Source: Chloroflexia bacterium
GTDB lineage: Bacteria; Chloroflexota; Chloroflexia; QHBQ01; JADMIH01
NCBI GenBank assembly: GCA_038231875.1
Contig: JBBSIX010000002.1
Location: 1-32,712, forward strand
Reading direction: 5' to 3'
DNA length: 32,712 nt
In this document: positions 8,341 through 14,922 of the stretch, in pieces
How positions within the stretch are numbered: position 1 is the stretch's first letter
How the letters are laid out: each line of letters opens with the position of its first letter
Notes under the pieces: model-generated
Database searches by the model: none
What the model was told of the DNA's origin: nothing
What the model saw: only the letters and a program-made list of their open reading frames with translations
Translations under genes and position numbers: made by a program

Positions 8341-8370
8341 GGCCTGAATTGCGAAGCAAGAACCGGAGGG
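8341..8370 (+). repeat. Direct copy of the 8049-8077 repeat (GGCCTGAATTGCGAAGCAAGAACC + GGAGGG); its 3' end supplies the Shine-Dalgarno of the response-regulator gene
   Basis: Compared with 8049-8077 there is one substitution and one 1-nt indel over about 29 nt. GGAGGG at 8365-8370 lies 4-5 nt before ATG 8375. Confidence 0.7.
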
Positions 8371-8374
8371 CGTG

Positions 8375-9070
8375 ATGAGCAGCAAGAGGGTGCTGGTGGT
8401 GGACGACGAGCCGCATATTGTGGAGTTGGTCAAGCTGTACCTCACCAACGACGGCTTCGGGGTGGACGCGGCCTATTCCGGCACGGAAGCGCTGGACAAG
8501 TTCCGTTCCAACCGCCCGGACCTTGTAGTGCTCGACCTGATGCTGCCGGAGTTGGACGGTTGGGAGGTCTGCCGGCGCATCAGGCGTGAAAGTGACGTGC
8601 CTATTATCATGCTCACTGCGCGCGACGACGACGTGGACAAGATAGTGGGCCTGGAACTGGGTGCGGACGACTATCTCACCAAGCCGTTCAACCCACGCGA
8701 ACTACTGGCGCGAGTGAAGGCAGTGCTGCGCCGGTCCGCACCAAAAGTAGCCCTGCCCCCACTCGATACGTCCACCGTTACGCTCGGCAACACCACTATT
8801 GACGAGGAGCGCCACGAAGTGACCATCGCCGGCATGCAGATCGAGTTGCGCTCCAAAGAGTTTGACCTGCTGCGCGCCTTTAGCGAGCATATGGGCCTGG
8901 TGCTGGAGCGCGACAAGCTGCTCAATATTGTCTGGGGCTACGACTATTTCGGCGACACCCGCACCGTAGACGTGCATGTGGCCCACCTGCGCGAACGCCT
9001 GCAAGGTTCCAGCCTGACTATTCAGACGATCAGAGGCGTGGGCTATAAGATGGTGCTGGATGAGCTGTAG
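8375..9070 (+). CDS. OmpR/PhoB-family response regulator (REC + winged-helix)
   Basis: VLVVDDEPHIVELV, LVVLDLMLPELDG, MLTARDD, DDYLTKPF. C-terminal Trans_reg_C motifs LLNIVWGYDY...RTVDVHVAHLRERL...IRGVGYKM. Confidence 0.9.
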   Translation: MSSKRVLVVDDEPHIVELVKLYLTNDGFGVDAAYSGTEALDKFRSNRPDLVVLDLMLPELDGWEVCRRIRRESDVPIIMLTARDDDVDKIVGLELGADDYLTKPFNPRELLARVKAVLRRSAPKVALPPLDTSTVTLGNTTIDEERHEVTIAGMQIELRSKEFDLLRAFSEHMGLVLERDKLLNIVWGYDYFGDTRTVDVHVAHLRERLQGSSLTIQTIRGVGYKMVLDEL

Positions 9071-9107
9071 GCATGTTCCCATGCCTGCCCTCTATTAAGT
9101 AGAGTGT

Positions 9108-10652
9108 ATGTTTCGCACACTTCGCTCCAAACTGGTCTTCTCCTACGCCGCCATCTCGCTGCTTATTCTGGCGCTGGCGCTGGCGGTGGTGTTCGTGTTG
9201 GGCGCGGCCTACACCAAGCGGATCAGCTTCGGGGCTTTGCAGCAGAAAAAAGCCATCGTGATGCCTCTGCTCGAAAGCGCGCCCGCCGACCTGAGAGGTA
9301 ACGTCCGGCCCTTGCTGACGAACCGCTTTATAACTATCTTTCGCAACGCCGGCGTGCGTGTGCTTATCGTGGACCCGGCTACAATGCAGATCAAGAAGGA
9401 TACGGCGGCCAAGTCCGGCGCGACGGGCACCGTGTTCGAGTTACCGAAAGCGGCCGGCTCCGCGCAAAAGCTCGATTTGGGGGAGGAGGTGCAAGGCACA
9501 GTCCGCTTACAGGGGGAGGGCCGGCCACTGCAATATATAGCGCAGAGGCCGGGCGTAGGGCCGCTCGACCAGTATATAGTGGTGGTGGCGCAGCCTGAGC
9601 CTAATTTGGAGGCGTTGCTGGCGGGCGCGCGCGAACTGGGCTTGCCGGCGGCGCTTGTGGCGCTCCTGGTGTCAATGACGGTGGCCTACTTCCTGGCCCG
9701 TTCCTTGTCCGAGCCGTTGGCGCGGCTTATGCGCGCGGCGGCGGCTATGTCGCAGGGCGACTACACGCAGCGCCTGCCGGTGCGCGGGCACGACGAGATG
9801 GCCGCCCTCACCGGCCAATTCAACGTCATGGCCGAGGAGGTGGGGCGCACCCACCGTGTGCAGCGCGACTTTGTAGCCAACGTATCGCACGACCTCAAAA
9901 CCCCTCTCACCTCGATCCAGGGGTTCTCCCAGGCGATGCTCGACGGCTCAATACAGGACGAGGAGCAGCGCAGGCTGGCGGCGGGCATCATCAACAACGA
10001 GGCGCAGCGCATGAGCAGGCTGGTGAGCCAACTCTTGCTGCTTTCACAACTGGAGAGCGGCTTGCGCTCAATAGAGCTGCGGGCCTGCCGGCTTGGCCCT
10101 CTCCTCAACCAATTGGCGCTCTCTATGCAGCCTCAGGCTGCGGCGGCGGGCGTGGACCTTCTGACGCGCTCCAATGTGGACGACGCACTTGTGCTGGCCG
10201 ATGCCGACAAGCTGAAGCAGGCCTTCGGCAACTTGATAGACAACGCTCTCAAGCATACCCCGCCGGGCGGCGCCGTAACCCTCGGCCTTGCTCCCGCTCA
10301 GGACGCGGTGGAGGTTACGGTGTCGGACGACGGTGAGGGCATACCGGCGGCGGACCTGCCCCGCGTCATGGAGCGGTTTTATCAGGTGGACAAGGTTCGC
10401 AGTTCCGGCCGGACGCGCAGCCTGGGCCTGGGGCTGGCTATCACAAAGGAGATAGTGGCGGCGCATCACGGGCAGATCAGCCTGGAGAGCGTGCAGGGCA
10501 AAGGCACAACGGTGCGCGTGAGGTTGCCCGCAACACAAATGGAGCCGCACGAGGGCCGTCGGCACAAGAAAGTAAGCAGGCACACAGCAAGTTCCTGGGC
10601 TGTGCCCAATTCAGGCACACGCACAAAAGGCAAGACCGAAGTAACAAAGTGA
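9108..10652 (+). CDS. Membrane sensor histidine kinase (2 TM, periplasmic-type loop, HAMP, HisKA, HATPase_c)
   Basis: N-terminal TM helix, second TM near aa 180-200, HAMP-like segment, H-box FVANVSHDLKTPLTSIQG, N-box DNALKHTP, DDGEGI, GLGLAITKEIV. Confidence 0.9.
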   Translation: MFRTLRSKLVFSYAAISLLILALALAVVFVLGAAYTKRISFGALQQKKAIVMPLLESAPADLRGNVRPLLTNRFITIFRNAGVRVLIVDPATMQIKKDTAAKSGATGTVFELPKAAGSAQKLDLGEEVQGTVRLQGEGRPLQYIAQRPGVGPLDQYIVVVAQPEPNLEALLAGARELGLPAALVALLVSMTVAYFLARSLSEPLARLMRAAAAMSQGDYTQRLPVRGHDEMAALTGQFNVMAEEVGRTHRVQRDFVANVSHDLKTPLTSIQGFSQAMLDGSIQDEEQRRLAAGIINNEAQRMSRLVSQLLLLSQLESGLRSIELRACRLGPLLNQLALSMQPQAAAAGVDLLTRSNVDDALVLADADKLKQAFGNLIDNALKHTPPGGAVTLGLAPAQDAVEVTVSDDGEGIPAADLPRVMERFYQVDKVRSSGRTRSLGLGLAITKEIVAAHHGQISLESVQGKGTTVRVRLPATQMEPHEGRRHKKVSRHTASSWAVPNSGTRTKGKTEVTK

Positions 10653-10671
10653 CGGCTTTACACGGTACAAA

Positions 10672-10696
10672 GGTTTCACGTTGTTGGTTTCACGTT
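10672..10696 (+). promoter_or_regulatory. Two direct copies of GGTTTCACGTT (14-nt period) upstream of the XRE-TPR gene
   Basis: The copies are at 10672-10682 and 10686-10696. A TATACT box at 10723-10728 lies only 5 nt before ATG 10734. Confidence 0.3.
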
Positions 10697-10733
10697 TGAG
10701 AATGTTTATCTTAGGGGATATGTATACTAAGCT

Positions 10734-12230
10734 ATGGGATTATCTTCCAACAAAATGCGCCCCACCCTGGGTAGGCAGATCAGAGAGGCTCGCAGAGAGC
10801 GCAGGCTTACCCGGGAGATGCTGGCGGGGACTGAGTTCAGCACAGATTACGTGGACGCGCTGGAGCGTGGAGCGGTGTGCCCCTCCCCCAAAGCGTTGGA
10901 GCTTTTTGCCGGGCGGCTGGGCGTGCCCCTCTTGCACTTTACTCCGGCCGGCCTCGCACCGGAGCCGGGGGTGGAACTCGACATGGCGGCGTTACAGGAG
11001 GACCTGCGCTATCAGTTCAACTATGCCAAGATGATGATCCGAGGAAACGGCGCGCAAGGAGCGTTCGCGCTCATCAACGAGATAGAGAGAGGCATGCTGC
11101 CCTTCCATGATAGACTGCCCGCCTCCTTGCTCTACCTCCCGCCGTTCCTTCGCGCCAGAGCCTACATCGAACTGATGCGCCCCGAACTTGTACAAGCGGA
11201 GTTGGCCCAGGCCCTCGATTTGGCTGGCACGGACGCGGAAGCGGCAGCGCGGGTGCATAATCTCATGGGTACCACTCTGCACCATCAAGAGCAGCCGCAG
11301 GCGGCCTTGCCGCACTATCTGCTTTGCTTGCGCGCTATCGCCGACGGGGCGATTAAGGACCTCAATTTCCGCGTATCGGTGTACCGCAACCTGGCAAACG
11401 CTTACCTGGCAGTGGGCGACCCGAACCGGGCCATAAGCGTCTACAAAGAGACGCTGGGCGTACTGCACGACCTCGACGACCAGGAGAGGCGGGCAGCAGT
11501 GTTCTGGGGCCTCGCGGAGGCGTACAAATCGGTAAACGACATGCCCAACGCCAGGCTCTACGCCGCAAGAGCGCTGCACATCTACGAAGCTCAGAACGAC
11601 AAGGCATCTGCGGTCACCATGAACATCAACCTGGCGGAACTTCTCCTGGCCGACGGCCGGCACGAGGAAGCGCAAGGTATGCTGGCGCGCGCCGAACTGC
11701 TGCTTGAGGGCACTACGGATGACGTGCTGTTGGGCAATCTCTTTTACGATTACGCGGAACTCGCGCGCTGCCGGGGCGAGTTGGAGCAAGCGTCCACCCA
11801 CCTGGCGAGGAGCCTCGAACTATTGGAGCGCGTCGTTCAGGGCATGGCCGCAGGAGCTAAAGGAGCCGCGAGTGGGGCGGAGGTCGAGGAAGAAGGCAGC
11901 GCGCAGGGTCAAGCGGAGGCGGGCGCAGAACCGAAGGTATGGAGCGCCGGAGTGCGAACGTATGCGGAAGCCCTGCGTATAGGAGCGATGATCGAGGAGG
12001 ACAAGGGCAACCGGCAGGCTGCCGACGCGCTATTCCAAAGCGCGCTGACGTGGGCGGAGCGCACAGGCTACCGGGAGACCGTCTATGCGATCAACTTCAG
12101 CTACGGTGTAGCGCTCAGGGATCGTGGCGACTTCAAGAGGGCGGTTGAGTACTTGCATGTGACAGCCCGCGCCCCAGGCCACCATCGGCGGCGCCACCGC
12201 TCTAAGCCTCGCCTGGCCGCCGCGCCGTAA
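10734..12230 (+). CDS. XRE-family HTH transcriptional regulator fused to a long TPR domain
   Basis: N-terminal LGRQIREARRERRLTREMLAG...YVDALERG...PSPKALELFAGRLGVPL (HTH_XRE). The rest is TPR-like helical repeats (NLANAYLAVGDPNRAISVYKE, WGLAEAYKSVNDMPNARLYAARAL and others). ATG 10755 is an alternative start. Confidence 0.8.
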   Translation: MGLSSNKMRPTLGRQIREARRERRLTREMLAGTEFSTDYVDALERGAVCPSPKALELFAGRLGVPLLHFTPAGLAPEPGVELDMAALQEDLRYQFNYAKMMIRGNGAQGAFALINEIERGMLPFHDRLPASLLYLPPFLRARAYIELMRPELVQAELAQALDLAGTDAEAAARVHNLMGTTLHHQEQPQAALPHYLLCLRAIADGAIKDLNFRVSVYRNLANAYLAVGDPNRAISVYKETLGVLHDLDDQERRAAVFWGLAEAYKSVNDMPNARLYAARALHIYEAQNDKASAVTMNINLAELLLADGRHEEAQGMLARAELLLEGTTDDVLLGNLFYDYAELARCRGELEQASTHLARSLELLERVVQGMAAGAKGAASGAEVEEEGSAQGQAEAGAEPKVWSAGVRTYAEALRIGAMIEEDKGNRQAADALFQSALTWAERTGYRETVYAINFSYGVALRDRGDFKRAVEYLHVTARAPGHHRRRHRSKPRLAAAP

Positions 12231-12262
12231 GATACATTCGTGCCTACAGGGAGGTAAGACAC

Positions 12263-13129
12263 ATGCGTAAACACACTTTGATTACCCTGGCCGCCGTTGT
12301 CGCAACTATGCTGCTTACCACCGCTTTGCAGCCTCTGGCATTACTGCAAGCTGTTGCTCAGCAGGCAGTTGCGTGCCGCACGTTTGGGGAGACCGGAAGG
12401 GTGGTGTGCGGGCGCTTCCTTGAGTATTGGCAGCAGCATGGTGGCCTGCCGGTATTCGGCTACCCTATAAGCAACGAGTTCCGCGAGCAGTCAAAGCTGA
12501 ATAACCAGGTGTATACGGTGCAGTACTTCGAGCGGGCGGTATTCGAGTTGCACCCGGAAAACAAGCCGCCTTATGATGTGCTGCTTTCGCAGCTAGGCAC
12601 CTTTCAATTCAGTAGTGAGTATCCAGTCGGGAGTGCAGTAGGGAGTTATCCTATCTACCCAAATCACCGGAACTTTAGGGTAGAGCACGACGGGAACGAA
12701 ACTAAGATATCGTTTAGTACAGAGGCCGGCAAAGAACAAGTGCTAAAGTTCTATCGGGAAGCACTCCTTCGAGCCGGTTGGGAGCTAATCGAGGCCAGAC
12801 AAGATAACTCGCATTTTGCCCACGTATCGCCCACAGCAGCATTTATCAGGAGCCAAAACTGCCCAGGTGCAGTAACTCAGCCATACGAACAGGAAGTCTT
12901 TACCACCTTCGTAGACGTTACTACCCTTACAGACGGCAAGACCAACGTGAAGATAGCTATTATTCAGCAGTTGCTTATTGACTTACCTCCTGAACCGAAA
13001 CCGGAAAGTTCAAAGTTGGATGACCTGTCTCTATATTCACAGTCATCAGCACGGGGCAAACAGCTCAAGGACGGGCGAAAAAGGACGGGCGAAAGTGGCA
13101 AAAGCGATAATAGAAGCAAGCACGATTGA
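12263..13129 (+). CDS. Secreted hypothetical protein: signal peptide, LGFP-like N-terminal module, unrelated C-terminal domain, charged tail
   Basis: GGGAGG SD before the ATG. Signal-like MRKHTLITLAAVVATMLLTTALQPLALLQAVAQ. FLEYWQQHGGLPVFGYPISNEF...VQYFERAVFELHPEN resembles LGFP-type cell-wall-binding repeats (recognised from memory). Confidence 0.7.
   Translation: MRKHTLITLAAVVATMLLTTALQPLALLQAVAQQAVACRTFGETGRVVCGRFLEYWQQHGGLPVFGYPISNEFREQSKLNNQVYTVQYFERAVFELHPENKPPYDVLLSQLGTFQFSSEYPVGSAVGSYPIYPNHRNFRVEHDGNETKISFSTEAGKEQVLKFYREALLRAGWELIEARQDNSHFAHVSPTAAFIRSQNCPGAVTQPYEQEVFTTFVDVTTLTDGKTNVKIAIIQQLLIDLPPEPKPESSKLDDLSLYSQSSARGKQLKDGRKRTGESGKSDNRSKHD
13067..13094 (+). repeat. Perfect 14-nt tandem duplication (AAGGACGGGCGAAA x2) inside the 3' end of the 12263-13129 CDS
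   Basis: 13067-13080 is identical to 13081-13094. The unit is not a multiple of 3, so the two copies are read in different frames (KDGRK / RTGES). Confidence 0.9.
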
Positions 13130-13154
13130 TTTCATAGGCTCGTGGCCCCTGGCG

Positions 13155-13289
13155 GTGGTGGCGGTGGTGGCGCTGGCCGCCGCTACTGTGGGCTTCGCCG
13201 TGCTCGTGGGGCGCTGGATTGACGCCCAGAGCAACAGCGTTGTTACCCCGCCCCGCAAAGATAAGACGAAGCGCCCGGAGGATGAGTAG
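13155..13289 (+). CDS. Possible small single-pass membrane protein (about 45 aa); start uncertain
   Basis: The distal part of the 12978-13289 track ORF that lies beyond the stop of the upstream gene. It has the hydrophobic stretch WPLAVVAVVALAAATVGFAVLVGRW and then the basic tail PPRKDKTKRPEDE. No SD; only GTG or rare start options. Confidence 0.2.
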   Translation: MVAVVALAAATVGFAVLVGRWIDAQSNSVVTPPRKDKTKRPEDE

Positions 13290-13358
13290 TAGGCCGCTTC
13301 ATGTATAATTAGGGGTGCGAGAAAAGAAGTATTCGGATTATTCGGGAGGAGCAACAGT

Positions 13359-13733
13359 TTGCACTGGACAGGCATCGCATTGGGCCTCTTTTCGGCCTTT
13401 ATGATAGGCACAGGCTTCATGTGGGTGATACGCATGGAGTACTACATGGGGGCTTACCTGTGGAAGTGGGTAGCCCTGGCGGGGCTGGCGGTGGTGGGCG
13501 CATCGCTGTTCATGCCCAACTTCATCTCGGCGGCCATCGTGGGCGTAATCGGCGGCAGCGTAACCTGGGGCGCGATGGAGTTGCCCCACCAGGAGGAGCG
13601 GGTGGAGCACGGGCTGTTCAAGGCGCACCCCAACCGGGCTTCGAGGCCCAAGCTGAAGCAGGGCATGAGCGGAAGCGGGGGTGCCCACTCGCACGGCTCA
13701 AAGCCCGGCCTGGGCAAGTGGTGGAGCTTCTAA
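13359..13733 (+). CDS. Small integral membrane protein (DUF4491-like, recognised from memory)
   Basis: TTG start with GGGAGGAG 7 nt upstream. Three predicted TM helices. Motifs MEYYMG and WGAMELPHQEERVEHGLFKAHPNR. Confidence 0.7.
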   Translation: MHWTGIALGLFSAFMIGTGFMWVIRMEYYMGAYLWKWVALAGLAVVGASLFMPNFISAAIVGVIGGSVTWGAMELPHQEERVEHGLFKAHPNRASRPKLKQGMSGSGGAHSHGSKPGLGKWWSF

Positions 13734-13734
13734 G

Positions 13735-14232
13735 ATGGCAGCGCTCAACAATCTTCAATGGGCCGGGCCAATACTGGCCGTCGTTACTTTCCTGACCGTC
13801 TGGTGGGGGCACGTGCTGGTGCGTATCGTCCATTACTACATGGGCACGCGGCCCGCCCCCGTCATCTTCGGTCTGGGCCTACTGCTGCTGCTGGCGACCA
13901 CCCAGACGAGCAACGACTTGCTTGGGGGAGCTGTGGGCATCGTGGGCCTTACCCTGCTGTGGGACGCTTTCGAGCTACACCGCCAGGAAGCCCGCGTGCG
14001 CCAGGGCCACGCGCCTCTCAACCCGCGTGTCCACAAGGTAGCGGCGGGCCTGGCGGCTGCTAAACTGGCAGGTGAGCAGAATGGCGAGTATGACGAGGGC
14101 GGTGTCTGTCTATCGTGCGGCTCGAACCCCAACAGCCGATTTCTCTGCCGCAAAGGGCCGTACTGTCAGGTGCGCCAGTGGGAGCGCTACTCGGTCGCAC
14201 AAGCTCAGGCTGTGGAGAGCAGAGAGGGCTAG
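13735..14232 (+). CDS. Paralogous DUF4491-like membrane protein with a C-terminal Cys4 (zinc-ribbon-like) tail
   Basis: ATG 13735 lies 1 nt after the upstream stop. It has the same motifs (VHYYMG, WDAFELHRQEARVRQGHAPLNPR). The extra tail is CLSCGSNPNSRFLCRKGPYC. The track start at 13681 overlaps the upstream gene and is less likely. Confidence 0.7.
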   Translation: MAALNNLQWAGPILAVVTFLTVWWGHVLVRIVHYYMGTRPAPVIFGLGLLLLLATTQTSNDLLGGAVGIVGLTLLWDAFELHRQEARVRQGHAPLNPRVHKVAAGLAAAKLAGEQNGEYDEGGVCLSCGSNPNSRFLCRKGPYCQVRQWERYSVAQAQAVESREG

Positions 14233-14843
14233 CGAGCATCGAACAGTTCGCTTACCGGCAAGGTGAAGCTCGGCAACAGGGGCGACGTCGCTGTTTCACC
14301 GCGACCAAAGCCTGCATAGTCAACATACCGGTCGCCCTCCAGCCGTAGGACCGTCAGGGTCTCATCTTCAGGGTTTACAATCCAGTATTCGGGGATGCGT
14401 GCTTCGGCGTAGTCAAGACGTTTAACATGAGTATCGCGCTCAGGGTCGTCAGGGCTAACTATCTCTACTACCAGGTCAGCGCCTAACCAGTAGGCGTTCT
14501 GCCTGCGGGGGTCGCCGGCATCGAGTATAAGCAACAGGTCCGGTTCTCGGAACTTCCCCTTGCGTATCTGCACCCGCAACGGAGCGTACAGCACAGTACC
14601 GCCGAGTGACTGTACAAAGTTGTATAGGGCAAAGAGCAGGAATCGCGAGATGACTTGATGTTTGTCGGTAGGCATCGGCAGCACCTCAAGATAGCCGTCG
14701 GTGTACTCAAGCAATCGGGGGCTGCTATCGGTGAGGCGCAGGTACTGCTCCTCGGTCCACAGCCCCTGTAGCTCATTGAAGTTAAGTACAGTCTGGTCGT
14801 TTGCTACCAGAGGCAATCCTGATGAGGGTATGTCAGCCTTCAT
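14229..14843 (-). CDS. Uma2-family (DUF820) putative endonuclease
   Basis: Typical Uma2 pattern: EYTDGYLEVLPMPTDKHQ, REPDLLLIL, GADLVVEIVSPDD, AEARIPEYWIVNPEDETLTVLRLEGDRY. ATG 14843 has GGAGG 8 nt upstream; the track GTG at 14870 is less likely. Confidence 0.85.
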   Translation of the reverse strand: MKADIPSSGLPLVANDQTVLNFNELQGLWTEEQYLRLTDSSPRLLEYTDGYLEVLPMPTDKHQVISRFLLFALYNFVQSLGGTVLYAPLRVQIRKGKFREPDLLLILDAGDPRRQNAYWLGADLVVEIVSPDDPERDTHVKRLDYAEARIPEYWIVNPEDETLTVLRLEGDRYVDYAGFGRGETATSPLLPSFTLPVSELFDAR

Positions 14844-14922
14844 TACTACCGCCTCCGTCCGGCTCGACACCGGCTTTAAGGGCAGGAGTAGGCATCGCGC
14901 CTAGCCCTGTTTCCGTGAAGCG

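Noticed and set aside
8030-8416. 128-aa minus-strand ORF (and 8057-8257 plus, 8266-8448 minus) in the aspA/RR gap
   Set aside because: They read straight through the inverted and direct repeats. They have no SD and run into the RR gene on the opposite strand. The region is better explained as non-coding repeats.
12978-13154. Upstream part of the 103-aa ORF overlapping the end of the 12263-13129 gene; also the idea that a 1-nt slip in the A5 run (13078-13082) fuses the secreted protein to the downstream TM segment
   Set aside because: The overlap frame has no start signal. The adjacent 14-nt tandem duplication explains the local frame oddity more simply, and removing one copy does not join the TM frame. 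The fusion idea is unsupported without read data.
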